Of a DNA stretch of 64,000 nucleotides, positions 11,058 through 20,596 are shown piece by piece. How positions within the stretch are numbered: position 1 is the first letter of the stretch; each line of letters begins with the position of its first letter. The position numbers and the translations under genes were made by a program. A model generated the notes under the pieces. The model did not search any database. It saw nothing but the letters and a program-made list of their open reading frames with translations, and had not been told where the DNA came from. The stretch is from positions 3,391-67,390 of the forward strand of contig JBBQMG010000004.1 of assembly GCA_038328705.1 (NCBI GenBank), read 5' to 3'. Source of the DNA: Acidimicrobiales bacterium (GTDB taxonomy: Bacteria > Actinomycetota > Acidimicrobiia > Acidimicrobiales > Ilumatobacteraceae).

Positions 11058-11800
11058 CGTGTCGTCGGCTTCATCGTGTCGTCAGGTTGATGGAGTTGCG
11101 ATAGTTGATCGGCCGCATGCCGCAGAACGAGCGCCGTGACCAGTACAGAGGCGCCGCCGAGCAAAGCCCCCATGATGATGTCGGTGAAGTAATGCATACC
11201 GCGATACATCCGGGCAAGGCCTACGAGAATCGGCAGTAACGCCGCGACTGCAACGGCCGTACACCGCAGCCAGTGTGAGCGTGTCCGCCAGAAGATGACG
11301 ACGACGATCGCACTGTACGCGGCAGCGGCTGCCATGTGCCCGGAGGGAAAGCTCGAGCCAACAGGCGAGGAGTCGAGGCGCAGCACATCGGGTCGTGGCC
11401 GGTCGACGATGGTGGTGATGGTGATGAAGGACATGGCCTCGAGCACCAGCGGCACTACGACCATCAATGGTTCCAACCAACGCCGCCACCGAATCAGCAT
11501 GGCAATTGCAACGATCGCTGTCACGACGACCTTGACCACGGTGTCGGCCAGCATCGAGCCGATGAAACTCAGCGAGTTGAGTGTCGGAGTTCGTTGATCG
11601 ACGAACCAGGTGGCGATTGACTGGTCGAGGTGCAATAGCCACGTGTCGGACAGTCGACGGGTCAGCAGCCATCCCAGTGCACTCCACGCAACAGCGAAGA
11701 GAAGGAAGGCACAGCCGAGTAGCCTAGCTTCGTGACGTCCAAGCACCCAGGTGCCGCGCAGTCGCGGATGGGTCGGGTCGAGTTGCGTGCTGGCCTTCAT
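11054..11800 (-). CDS. PAP2-family phosphatase (membrane), tandem paralogue
   Basis: RPRPDV, FPSGH and ARMYRGMHYFTD are present. The ATG at 11800 forms an ATGA overlap with the DUF1206 stop. The longer 12049 start would overlap that gene. Confidence 0.8.
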   Translation of the reverse strand: MKASTQLDPTHPRLRGTWVLGRHEARLLGCAFLLFAVAWSALGWLLTRRLSDTWLLHLDQSIATWFVDQRTPTLNSLSFIGSMLADTVVKVVVTAIVAIAMLIRWRRWLEPLMVVVPLVLEAMSFITITTIVDRPRPDVLRLDSSPVGSSFPSGHMAAAAAYSAIVVVIFWRTRSHWLRCTAVAVAALLPILVGLARMYRGMHYFTDIIMGALLGGASVLVTALVLRHAADQLSQLHQPDDTMKPTTR

Positions 11801-12654
11801 CACGGTGCCTGCAACCGACGGCGGGTGAACGTCAACAGGCAGAAAGCGCCGTAGGCCACAAAGCCAGCGCCCACTATGACCACCACGATCACTCCCCATG
11901 ATTCGGTGGCGACACGTCGCAGTGCTCCATCGAGTCCCGTTGCTTCGCTGGCGACATACGTGATCGCGGAGCGAACGAGGAAGAACCCCACCAAGCCGAA
12001 CCCGATACCGCGACCGATCTCGCCGGCTGCGCCGATTCGTTTGGTCCAACGCAGCCGCGCTGGGGAAAGGCCCCCGAGGTTCAGTTCGTCGTTGACGTCC
12101 ATCGAGAAGCCCTTCTTCATTCGATAGAGGCCGACGCAGATGACGATCACTCCGACTACGCCGATGACGAGCCGCCCGGCGGTGTGCGACATGATCGACG
12201 CCGAGATGTCGGTCACCTTCGCGTTGCCGTTCTGGTCGACGGACGAGTCTCGCGCCAGGGCAAGAGCGCTCGCGGCGAACGTGCTGTACACAATTGCGCT
12301 GACGAGGTAGCCAATGCGGTGCACCATGGCCTCACCGTCGGTGCCGCCCGGCAGTAGCGCAGACACCACACGCCATGCTGCGTAGATCAGCATGCCTGCG
12401 GCGAGGAGCCAAAGCAGCGCTGTGCCACCGGCCGACGATGCAACGGTTTTGATTGCGCCGGTCGGGCTTGCCTCCCCTTGACCACTGACCGGCGCGTTGG
12501 TCCAACCGGATGCCTTGGCAGCAACAGACAGTGCGAGGAGGCCAGCGACGACGTACACCAGGCCCTTGGCGAACCAGCCGATTCGTCCAACCTTGACCAC
12601 TGTTGGGTGGTCGGTGCTGAGACGCCGGAGCGGGTTGCGTGGTGCACCCGTCAT
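11800..12654 (-). CDS. DUF1206-type membrane protein
   Basis: Repeated TM-pair modules are present (GWFAKGLVYVVAGLLAL, GRGIGFGLVGFFLV). It is the first gene of a three-gene operon with overlapping stop/start codons. Confidence 0.7.
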   Translation of the reverse strand: MTGAPRNPLRRLSTDHPTVVKVGRIGWFAKGLVYVVAGLLALSVAAKASGWTNAPVSGQGEASPTGAIKTVASSAGGTALLWLLAAGMLIYAAWRVVSALLPGGTDGEAMVHRIGYLVSAIVYSTFAASALALARDSSVDQNGNAKVTDISASIMSHTAGRLVIGVVGVIVICVGLYRMKKGFSMDVNDELNLGGLSPARLRWTKRIGAAGEIGRGIGFGLVGFFLVRSAITYVASEATGLDGALRRVATESWGVIVVVIVGAGFVAYGAFCLLTFTRRRLQAP

Positions 12655-12744
12655 AGGGAGAAGACCGAGTAGTGGGGCATGTCACCCCTGTTCCCCGCAG
12701 TCTCCGGTATCAAACCCAAGGCTTCCTCGAGATGGACGTGCTTC

Positions 12745-12768
12745 CGAGGTAGGGCCACCCCTACCTCG
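12745..12768. promoter_or_regulatory. Perfect palindrome upstream of the MMPL gene (possible operator)
   Basis: CGAGGTAGGG ccac CCCTACCTCG: 10-bp arms with a 4-nt centre, 55 nt upstream of the ATG at 12823. Confidence 0.3.
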
Positions 12769-12822
12769 CGAATGCCAGCACGCCCAATGGTGGGGAAGCG
12801 CGCCGCGCTTCAAGCTGTAGGC

Positions 12823-14958
12823 ATGCTCCGACGACTTGCAACATTCTGTTTTCGACACCGACGCCTCACCGTGCTGTTGTGGCTGATGGCGGTGGTCGGT
12901 GTCTCCCTTGCTGCTGGCGCCGCGGGTGGCGAGTATGCTCAGGGCGGACGTCTGCACGGCACCGACAGCGACCGGGCGTACGAGCTCTTGGTGGACGAGG
13001 CACCCGACGACGCGAACATCGCCGGCGATGCGGCACAGCTGGTACTCACCGCACCGGGTGGCGTGAGCAGCCCCGGTGTCGCGTCGCAGGTCGATGCCTA
13101 CCTGCAAGAACTTGCCACGACTCTGGGCGTCATCTACAGCCCGTCTTCGTCCGCCGAGCTCACGGTCTCGGCAGACGGCACAGTGGCAACTGCCACCATC
13201 ACCGTTGACAAGGACGACGCGAAGGTGACGGACCGCCTACTCGACCAGCGTGCGGCGCGGCAGGGCGCAGGGCTTGCGGTGGACTTCGGCGGATATCGCT
13301 TCCAGGACGGCGGCGTGCCCACCACCGAGTTGTTCGGCTTGCTGGCTGCCGTGGTCATCCTGCTCATCTCCTTCGGCTCCCTCGTCGCGATGGGGCTGCC
13401 CATCCTCACCGCCCTGTTCGGCATCGTCGTGGGCCTCGCCGGGGTCGAGCTCTGGGCGGCTCTCGTCGACACGCCTGAATTCACGGTGCAGGTTGCCTCG
13501 ATGGTCGGCATCGGCGTCGGGATCGATTACGCGTTGTTCATCGTGACCCGCTACCGCGAGGCGCTTCGGCGCACCGCGGATCCGCTGCAGGCGACGCTCG
13601 AGGCGATCGACACCGCCGGTCGCGCAGTGGTGTTCGCCGGGGTCACGGTGATGATCTCGCTGCTCGGCATGCTGCTGATGGGCATGTCCTTCCTCAACGG
13701 GCTCGCCTTGGGCACATCGACCGCAGTGCTGGTGGCGGTGCTCGCCGCGCTCACTCTGTTGCCGGCGTCGCTGGGCTTTGTCGGGCACCGAATCGACCGG
13801 CTGTCGATCCACCGTCGCGACCGCAAGCTTGATGAAACGGGCTGGCACCGATGGAGCCGCTTCGTGCAGCGACACCCGGCGGCCTGCGCGTTGGCGGGTC
13901 TGGGCGTTCTCGGGGCGCTTGTCATCCCCACGTTCGCGATGCGGTTGGCGTCGGCCGATGCCGGCAACGACCCACAGGGTACGACGACCCGCGCAGCGTA
14001 CGACACGCTCGCAGACGGCTTTGGCCTCGGCTACAACGGGCCGCTGCTGGTGGTGACCCCGCTGGTCGGCAGTCCGACAGCGGCCGACCGCCTCGCCGCA
14101 GTCATTGCCGAGCAGCCAGGGGTCCTCGCCATTGCGGGTGTCGATGTGGCCGACTCCGGCACGGTTGCGGTGATCACCGTCATCCCGATCACCGGCCCCC
14201 AGGATGAGCGAACCGCCGACCTGGTACACACCCTTCGCGACGTCATCGCGACGAGCGGCATCACTGGCTACATCGGCGGGCAGACCGCGGGCGACGTCGA
14301 CTTCTCCGAGCAGATGTCGGCACGACTGCCGATCTTCATCGGCGCCGTCCTGGTGCTGAGTTTCCTGCTACTGATGCTCGTGTTCCGCTCGATCCTGGTG
14401 CCGCTGAAGGCAGTGTTGCTCAACCTGTTGTCGATCGGAGCGGCGTATGGCGTTCTCGTCGCCGTGTTCCAGTGGGGCTGGCTCGGCTGGCTGATCGGTG
14501 TGAACGAAGGAGCGCCGATCGAGCCGTGGGCGCCGATGATGCTGTTTGCCATCGTGTTCGGTTTGTCCATGGACTACGAGGTCTTCCTGCTGTCGTCCGT
14601 GAAGGAACGAATCGACCATGGCGAGCCGAACAGCGTTGCGGTCGTCGAGGGCTTGGCCTCGACCGCGCGGGTGATCACAGCTGCCGCTGCCATCATGGTG
14701 TGCGTGTTCGGCACCTTCGTTCTCGGCGACCTTCGCGCGATCAAGCTGATCGGTCTCGGTCTCGCTGTTGCTGTCCTTCTCGACGCGACGATCGTGCGAA
14801 TGATCTTGGTGCCGGCAACGATGGAGTTGCTCGGCCCGCGGAACTGGTGGCTGCCGCGTCGTCTGGCGCGCGTGCTCCCGCGGTTGCCCGTCGAAGGCAA
14901 CCACTCGGCAACACCGCCGGCCCCGGTGGCCGAGCGAGTCCTCGAGGGGGTGCGATGA
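12823..14958 (+). CDS. MMPL-family RND-type transporter
   Basis: 711 aa. Two 6-TM bundles alternate with two extracytoplasmic loops. Sequence is typical of MMPL proteins (GIDYALFIVTRYRE, GLSMDYEVFLLS). ATG at 12823 (MLRRLATFCF). Confidence 0.9.
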   Translation: MLRRLATFCFRHRRLTVLLWLMAVVGVSLAAGAAGGEYAQGGRLHGTDSDRAYELLVDEAPDDANIAGDAAQLVLTAPGGVSSPGVASQVDAYLQELATTLGVIYSPSSSAELTVSADGTVATATITVDKDDAKVTDRLLDQRAARQGAGLAVDFGGYRFQDGGVPTTELFGLLAAVVILLISFGSLVAMGLPILTALFGIVVGLAGVELWAALVDTPEFTVQVASMVGIGVGIDYALFIVTRYREALRRTADPLQATLEAIDTAGRAVVFAGVTVMISLLGMLLMGMSFLNGLALGTSTAVLVAVLAALTLLPASLGFVGHRIDRLSIHRRDRKLDETGWHRWSRFVQRHPAACALAGLGVLGALVIPTFAMRLASADAGNDPQGTTTRAAYDTLADGFGLGYNGPLLVVTPLVGSPTAADRLAAVIAEQPGVLAIAGVDVADSGTVAVITVIPITGPQDERTADLVHTLRDVIATSGITGYIGGQTAGDVDFSEQMSARLPIFIGAVLVLSFLLLMLVFRSILVPLKAVLLNLLSIGAAYGVLVAVFQWGWLGWLIGVNEGAPIEPWAPMMLFAIVFGLSMDYEVFLLSSVKERIDHGEPNSVAVVEGLASTARVITAAAAIMVCVFGTFVLGDLRAIKLIGLGLAVAVLLDATIVRMILVPATMELLGPRNWWLPRRLARVLPRLPVEGNHSATPPAPVAERVLEGVR

Positions 14959-16241
14959 TGGCCGCCGTGATGAAGCGCCTGTTCGGGGCCTACGCGCGCC
15001 CTCGGGTCTGGCTGGAGTCGACACACCTGCTCCTCGGCCTGCCCGTCGGCATCGGTCTGTTCACGATCGTGGTCACCATGCTCGCAGTGAGCACCGGCAC
15101 ACTCTTCAGCTTGGTCGGGCTGCCCCTACTGGTGATGACGGTGGCCGGTGGCCGCGTGGTTGGCCAGGTCGAACGGGCCCGTGTGAAGGCGTTGCTCGGT
15201 GTCGAGCTGCCTGCCCACGCACCGATCTCGTGGCAGCGGGGCCTCTGGCCGCGGGCCAAGCAGATACTGGCCGATCGGCCGAGTTGGAGGGGATTGGCCT
15301 ACGCGTTACTGATGCTGCCGTGGGGAATTGTCACCTTCACCGCGACCGTCGTGCTGTGGACGGTGGCAGTCTCCCTCGTCTCGCTACCGCTGTGGGGGTG
15401 GGTCGGGGAGCCTCCACCGGCATTCACCGTCGATGGCACTCGGTTCCATCTGCACGGTTGGTCGCTGGTTGCTGCCGTCGCCGCCGCATCTCTAGTCGGT
15501 CTGCTGCTGAGCATCGTGCTCCCGAGGGTCGTGCATGCCTTGGCCTCGCTCGACGCGGCGCTGGCACGGCGGCTGCTCTCACCCAACGAAGCCAAACGAC
15601 TCGCGGCGAGGGTTGCCGAGTTGGAGGTGAGCCGCAACGCTTCTGTCGAGTCGTCCACCACCGAGTTGCGTCGGATCGAACGCGACCTGCACGACGGGGC
15701 CCAGCAGCGACTGGTCAGCCTGGCAATGAACCTCGGCCGTGCCAAGGAACAGCTGCAAGGCAGCGACGATGAGCGAGCACGTGAGCTCGTCGGCGCCGCC
15801 CACGACGAGGCGAAGCATGCAATTACGGAGCTGCGCGACCTCGTTCGGGGTATCCACCCGGCCGTGCTGACCGATCGTGGGCTCGACGCTGCTGTCTCGG
15901 CGCTGGTGGTTCGCTGCCCGGTACCGGTGAGCTTGCACACCGAGCTACCGCGCCGGCTGCCCGCAGCGATCGAGGCTGCCGCCTACTTCGTGGTCGCGGA
16001 AGCACTCACCAATGTCGCTAAGCACAGCAGGGCTCACTCGGCAAATGTCCGTGTGGCCGAGCGCGACGGCGTGCTCTTCGTCGAGGTACTCGACGACGGG
16101 GTCGGTGGGGCGAACGAACTGCACGGCGGCGGACTACGGGGGCTGCACGAGCGTGTGACTGCCGTGGAGGGCCGACTACGCGTTGTCAGTCCTTTCGGAG
16201 GGCCTACGGTCGTCAGCGTGGAGCTGCCATGCGCATTGTGA
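14955..16241 (+). CDS. Sensor histidine kinase, NarL/LiaS class (HisKA_3)
   Basis: ATGA overlap with the MMPL stop. The N-terminal domain is membrane-embedded. The H-box is IERDLHDGAQQRL and the HATPase motif is EALTNVAKHS. Confidence 0.85.
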   Translation: MMAAVMKRLFGAYARPRVWLESTHLLLGLPVGIGLFTIVVTMLAVSTGTLFSLVGLPLLVMTVAGGRVVGQVERARVKALLGVELPAHAPISWQRGLWPRAKQILADRPSWRGLAYALLMLPWGIVTFTATVVLWTVAVSLVSLPLWGWVGEPPPAFTVDGTRFHLHGWSLVAAVAAASLVGLLLSIVLPRVVHALASLDAALARRLLSPNEAKRLAARVAELEVSRNASVESSTTELRRIERDLHDGAQQRLVSLAMNLGRAKEQLQGSDDERARELVGAAHDEAKHAITELRDLVRGIHPAVLTDRGLDAAVSALVVRCPVPVSLHTELPRRLPAAIEAAAYFVVAEALTNVAKHSRAHSANVRVAERDGVLFVEVLDDGVGGANELHGGGLRGLHERVTAVEGRLRVVSPFGGPTVVSVELPCAL

Positions 16242-16873
16242 TCGTGGAGGATTCAGTGCTCTTACGCGAGGGCGTCACCAGGCTGCTCGAGGAATACGGT
16301 CACTCGGTGGTTGCTGCCGAAGGCGACGCCACCCGTCTGGTACCCGTCGTCGAGGAACACGCGCCCGACCTCGTGATCTTGGATGTTCGCATGCCTCCGA
16401 CGCATACCGACGAGGGCCTTCGAGCCGCCATCGAGCTGCGTATGGCGAGGCCGGCCACCCCGGTGCTGGTGCTCTCGCAGTACGTCGAAGAGAGATACGC
16501 CGTCGAGCTGCTGGCGATGGGCACCGTCGGTGTCGGCTACCTGCTCAAGGAGCGGGTGGCCGACGTTCGGGAGTTCGTCGACGCTGCCGTGCGAGTGGCC
16601 GACGGTGGCACCGCACTCGACCCCGAGGTCGTGTCGCAGTTGTTCGCCCGGAGCCGCCGGCGCGACCCACTTGCGACGCTCACGCCGCGCGAACGCGAGG
16701 TCTTGTCGTTGATGGCGCAGGGCTTTTCCAACGGTGCCATCGCGGCGGCGCTGGTGGTCAGCGCTGGCGCTGTCGAAAAGCACATCTCGTCGATCTTCGC
16801 GAAGCTCGATCTGCCACCGTCGGAACTGGAACATCGCCGCGTGCTGGCCGTGCTGCGACACCTGACGGGTTGA
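16229..16873 (+). CDS. Response regulator, NarL/LuxR family
   Basis: Receiver domain (DLVILDVRMPP) and LuxR HTH (LTPREREVLSLMAQGFSNGAIA) are present. It overlaps the kinase gene by 13 nt. Confidence 0.9.
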   Translation: MRIVIVEDSVLLREGVTRLLEEYGHSVVAAEGDATRLVPVVEEHAPDLVILDVRMPPTHTDEGLRAAIELRMARPATPVLVLSQYVEERYAVELLAMGTVGVGYLLKERVADVREFVDAAVRVADGGTALDPEVVSQLFARSRRRDPLATLTPREREVLSLMAQGFSNGAIAAALVVSAGAVEKHISSIFAKLDLPPSELEHRRVLAVLRHLTG

Positions 16874-16898
16874 ACCCTCTGACCCGAGCGGCGTGGTG

Positions 16899-18482
16899 TC
16901 ACGCCCCTCTACTCGCTCGCCGGGGCCGACTGGTCACGCAATCGCAGGAATCGTTTGCGGAGGCGGCGGACCGATGTAGCGGGCGCTTGGTCGGATGATC
17001 TTGTTGTCCGCGGCCTGTTCGAGGATATTGGCGCACCACCCGATGACCCTGCTCGATGCGAACGTCGGGGTGAACATCTCGGGCGGAATGCCGCAACTGC
17101 ATGACGACACCAGCGTAGAACTCGACGTTCGTGCGCAGGTGGCGACCCGGCTTCAGTCGGTCGAGTATTCCGGTCACGCCGGCCTCCACGGCTTCCGCAA
17201 ATGCCGTAAGGTCGCGGGCGGTTTCGTTGGCTGCCAGTCGACGTGCGACACCGCGGAGCATGACCGACCGCGGGTCGTCGGTGAGGTACACGGCATGCCC
17301 GAAGCCCATGATCTTTTCGCCGCGTTCCACCATCGGCGCGACCACCTCCTCGATACGTTCCGGTGACCTGATCTCGTCGAGCAGCGCCAGTGCTCTGCTC
17401 GGTGCACCGCCATGGAGTGGACCGCTCAACGACCCGATGGCGGCAACCACGCAGGCGCCCATGTCGGCCCCGGTGGAGGCGACCACTCTGCCAGTGAAAG
17501 TTGAAGCGTTGAAGCCGTGATCTATGGTGGAGATGAGGTACTGCTCAACCGCGCGAGTGTGCTCCCCAGTAGGTTCGGCCCCGGTCAGCATCCACAGATA
17601 GTTCGCCGCGTAGCCAAGGTCGTCGCGGGGTTCGACGACCTCTCGACCGGCGCGTAGCCGGTGAAGGGCGCACAGCAGTGTGGGTGTGATCGCACACAGG
17701 AAGAGTGCGTCGAGCCGGCGCTGCTCAGGTCCGATGTCGATCACCGGTCGCATCCCGCGCTCTGCAGCCGCGAGCGAAAGAACGGTGCGTAAACCTTCGA
17801 GCGGTTCGCTGACCACAGCGACGGCTGGCAGGACTGCTCGCACCGACGATGTGATCTCGCGCAGGGGAGTCGCCTCGGCGATGAACTCGGCGCGCTCGCC
17901 AGCATCGGTGGGCAGTGCTCCGTAGACCATCAAGCGCCACACGTCCTCGATCGGCCGCCGCTCCGCAAGTTCCACGGCTGAGTACTGGCGATAGTGATAG
18001 AAGCCTTCGCTACCGCGGACGTCGCCGACCTCGGTGTCGGCCACGACCACTCCTTTGAGACCGCGTGGAACGTCGGCTGGCCCGATGGATGCGACACGCA
18101 TCAGGTCGCGAAGCGACACCACACCAACCGGGTTGCCATGGTCGGTCACGGGCATGTGCCGGTAGCCGCGTTCGCGCATTATTGCCAACGCCGCGGGTAC
18201 TTCGGTGGCGAGGTCGACGTCGTCAACCGGTGTGGTCATGACCGCACCCACGGTGCAGTCGTGTAGCCCGGTGGCGGTGGCCCGTAGCACGTCGCGTTCC
18301 GTGACAATGCCAACGGCCCTACTGCCTTCCATCACCAGTACCGAGCCAACTCGATGCTGGTGCATGCGGTGGATCGCGGCGGTGAGGGGCTCGTCAGCGA
18401 ACGCCGCCACTGGGGGAGCTGTCATCAACGAATCGATAGAACTCATGCTCACCAGCGTGCCTACGTCGAGATAGCTGATCAA
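16899..18482 (-). CDS. CBS-pair domain fused to a citrate synthase domain; apparent frameshift near 17096 (the true C-terminus would end at 16934), so possibly a pseudogene or a sequence error
   Basis: The N-terminal CBS pair is followed by the citrate synthase motifs [15 protein letters not shown] and NVEFYAG. After VVMQL the annotated frame becomes Arg/His-rich nonsense. The adjacent frame reads [42 protein letters not shown], a canonical citrate synthase C-terminus. An alternative start is the ATG at 18446. Confidence 0.8.
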   Translation of the reverse strand: MISYLDVGTLVSMSSIDSLMTAPPVAAFADEPLTAAIHRMHQHRVGSVLVMEGSRAVGIVTERDVLRATATGLHDCTVGAVMTTPVDDVDLATEVPAALAIMRERGYRHMPVTDHGNPVGVVSLRDLMRVASIGPADVPRGLKGVVVADTEVGDVRGSEGFYHYRQYSAVELAERRPIEDVWRLMVYGALPTDAGERAEFIAEATPLREITSSVRAVLPAVAVVSEPLEGLRTVLSLAAAERGMRPVIDIGPEQRRLDALFLCAITPTLLCALHRLRAGREVVEPRDDLGYAANYLWMLTGAEPTGEHTRAVEQYLISTIDHGFNASTFTGRVVASTGADMGACVVAAIGSLSGPLHGGAPSRALALLDEIRSPERIEEVVAPMVERGEKIMGFGHAVYLTDDPRSVMLRGVARRLAANETARDLTAFAEAVEAGVTGILDRLKPGRHLRTNVEFYAGVVMQLRHSARDVHPDVRIEQGHRVVRQYPRTGRGQQDHPTKRPLHRSAASANDSCDCVTSRPRRASRGA

Positions 18483-18484
18483 CG

Positions 18485-19702
18485 TTGATTATGGTCAACC
18501 ATGTGCAGTGGCTGACAACGTCCCAGGCAGCGCATCGCTTAGGCGTGAAGCCGGCCACCATCTACGCCTACGTCAGTCGTGGTGTCATCGAGAGCCATCG
18601 GGATGAAGATCGCACCAGTCGCTTTCGTGCGATCGACGTGGAGGCGCTCGCGGTCCGCGGTCGCCCTCGCGAGGCGAGCCGTCACCATTCGTTGGATATC
18701 GAGATCTCTACGCGAATCACCGAGATCGGCGACCACACCATTCGATATCGCGGGCATGACGCGCTGACACTGGCGCGTACGTGCTCCTTCGAGCGGGTGG
18801 CGGAGCTGCTGTGGACGGGCGAGTTGCCGTTGGTGACGCCGGTCTGGGTCGCCAGCGCGCGGCCGCTCGTGATCCCCAGTGAGTTGTCGATGCGTGATCA
18901 TCTGCGCTTGGTGGCCGCACACGCTTCGGTCGGCGCCCGCGAGCGACGCGACATGCGGTCGGTCACCGACGAGGGTCGGCTTCTGATTGCGTCCATGATC
19001 GACTCGTTACCGATGGCAGGCGATGGCCGCTGCCCCCGGTTGGCGCTGCCCGATGGCGTGTCTGTCCGTGGTTCGTTGGCGGGCCGGCTCTGGTCACGAC
19101 TCTCACCGCGACGATCGACGCCCGCGTTGATCGCCACGATGAATGCCGCGCTCGTCCTGCTGGCCGATCATGAGATGGCGGCAAGCACCTTGGCCGCTCG
19201 CGTCGCGGCCAGCACCCGTGCTGGGGTGCATGGCGTCGTCGCCGCCGGGATGGGCACGCTGGAAGGGTCACTGCACGGTGGCGAGAGCCGGCGCGCCCGC
19301 CGAGTGCTCGATCGCGTCACGGTCGGGTCCGCGCAGGGTGCGATGTTGATGGCACTCGAACTGCACGGCAGGTTGCCTGGGTTCGGGCAGGTGCTGTACC
19401 CGTTGGGCGACCCTCGGGCAGTGCTCCTGTTGCAGATGTTGCGCGATGCCGTCGGCCCACATCCGGCCATGATCGCCGCGGACGCATTGATCGCCGCCGC
19501 CGCCCGCCGCCGCCTGCCACCACCCAACGTCGACCTCGCACTGGCCGTGCTGGGGATGGTGGCCGCGATGCCCGAGGATGGTGGCGAAGCAATCTTCACG
19601 ACCGCGCGAGTCGTCGGCTGGCTCGCACACGCAATGGAGGAGTACGACGAGCGGCCACTGCGCTTTCGTCCCCGCGCCGTGTATGTCGGGGCCAGCGGGT
19701 GA
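18485..19702 (+). CDS. Excisionase/MerR-type HTH domain fused to a citrate-synthase-like domain (probably non-catalytic)
   Basis: N-terminus WLTTSQAAHRLGVKPATIYAYVSRGVI is an HTH. The citrate synthase fold motifs are LLADHEMAAST, GSLHGGES, GFGQVLYPLGDPR (His to Gln) and PNVDLA. TTG at 18485 or ATG at 18491. Confidence 0.8.
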   Translation: MIMVNHVQWLTTSQAAHRLGVKPATIYAYVSRGVIESHRDEDRTSRFRAIDVEALAVRGRPREASRHHSLDIEISTRITEIGDHTIRYRGHDALTLARTCSFERVAELLWTGELPLVTPVWVASARPLVIPSELSMRDHLRLVAAHASVGARERRDMRSVTDEGRLLIASMIDSLPMAGDGRCPRLALPDGVSVRGSLAGRLWSRLSPRRSTPALIATMNAALVLLADHEMAASTLAARVAASTRAGVHGVVAAGMGTLEGSLHGGESRRARRVLDRVTVGSAQGAMLMALELHGRLPGFGQVLYPLGDPRAVLLLQMLRDAVGPHPAMIAADALIAAAARRRLPPPNVDLALAVLGMVAAMPEDGGEAIFTTARVVGWLAHAMEEYDERPLRFRPRAVYVGASG

Positions 19703-19708
19703 CGGGAG

Positions 19709-20596
19709 TCAGCCGGAGACGGGCAGTGCGACCGCAGCCATGGCGATGGCCAGTGCATGGCCGAGGTTCAGCGAATCAACGCCACGATGCATTGGAATGC
19801 GAACTTCGAACTGGCTGGCGCGGCGGGCCTCTTCGGTCAGGCCGGGCCCCTCGGCGCCCGCGATGAGCGCAACCTTGTCCGGCACGCTCATGTCGAACAG
19901 GCTGTTGGCCTCCGCTGCGGGGGTCAGTGCCCAGGTCTCGAAGCCGGCGTTTTTGAGGGACTCGATCGGGCTCGGCCACCGATCGCAGCGCATCACCGGC
20001 AGGTGCAGCATCTCGCCCATCGAGACCCGCACCGCGCGACGCGAGTACGGGTCGGCGCAGGTGGGGTCGAGCAGCATGGCGTCGAACCCGAGCGCCCGTG
20101 CGGACCGCGCGACCGCACCGATGTTCTCCTTGTCGTTCGACCCTTCCAGCACCAGCACTCGACGGGCACCGGCCAGCACATCGGGCAGTGTCGGGTTCTC
20201 GCGCCGCTTCACCGACGCCAACGCCCCACGATGAACGTCGAAGCCGGCGATCTCCTTCATCACCTGGCGGCTGGCGATGTAGACCGGCAGGCATATCGGT
20301 TCGACCGTGTCCCTCAGCCGCTCGTAACGCGAAGGGGAGAGCAGGAATGACTTGGCCGCGAATGTGGAGGCGACCAGTCGGGTGATGACCAGTTCACTTT
20401 CGGCAATGAAGTGGTCGAGCGTGTCCGCGGCGTCACCCTGGCCGCGAAGGCCCAGGTAGTCGGCAACGCGCGGGTCGTCGGCGGAGTCGATTTCAATCGG
20501 CACTCGCCTGACTCTATGGGTGCCGACGAAAGGAAGACGTTGCGAACAGGTGTTCGCTGCGCCAGGATGTCGCCATGACCGGCCCCACCGCTCCAC
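19709..20596 (-). CDS. TrmH/SpoU-family RNA 2'-O-methyltransferase
   Basis: SpoU motifs are present: LEGSNDKENIGAVARSA, LIAGAEGPGL, IPMHRGVDSLNLGHA. The GTG start is uncertain and overlaps the alkB start region on the opposite strand. Confidence 0.8.
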   Translation of the reverse strand: MERWGRSWRHPGAANTCSQRLPFVGTHRVRRVPIEIDSADDPRVADYLGLRGQGDAADTLDHFIAESELVITRLVASTFAAKSFLLSPSRYERLRDTVEPICLPVYIASRQVMKEIAGFDVHRGALASVKRRENPTLPDVLAGARRVLVLEGSNDKENIGAVARSARALGFDAMLLDPTCADPYSRRAVRVSMGEMLHLPVMRCDRWPSPIESLKNAGFETWALTPAAEANSLFDMSVPDKVALIAGAEGPGLTEEARRASQFEVRIPMHRGVDSLNLGHALAIAMAAVALPVSG

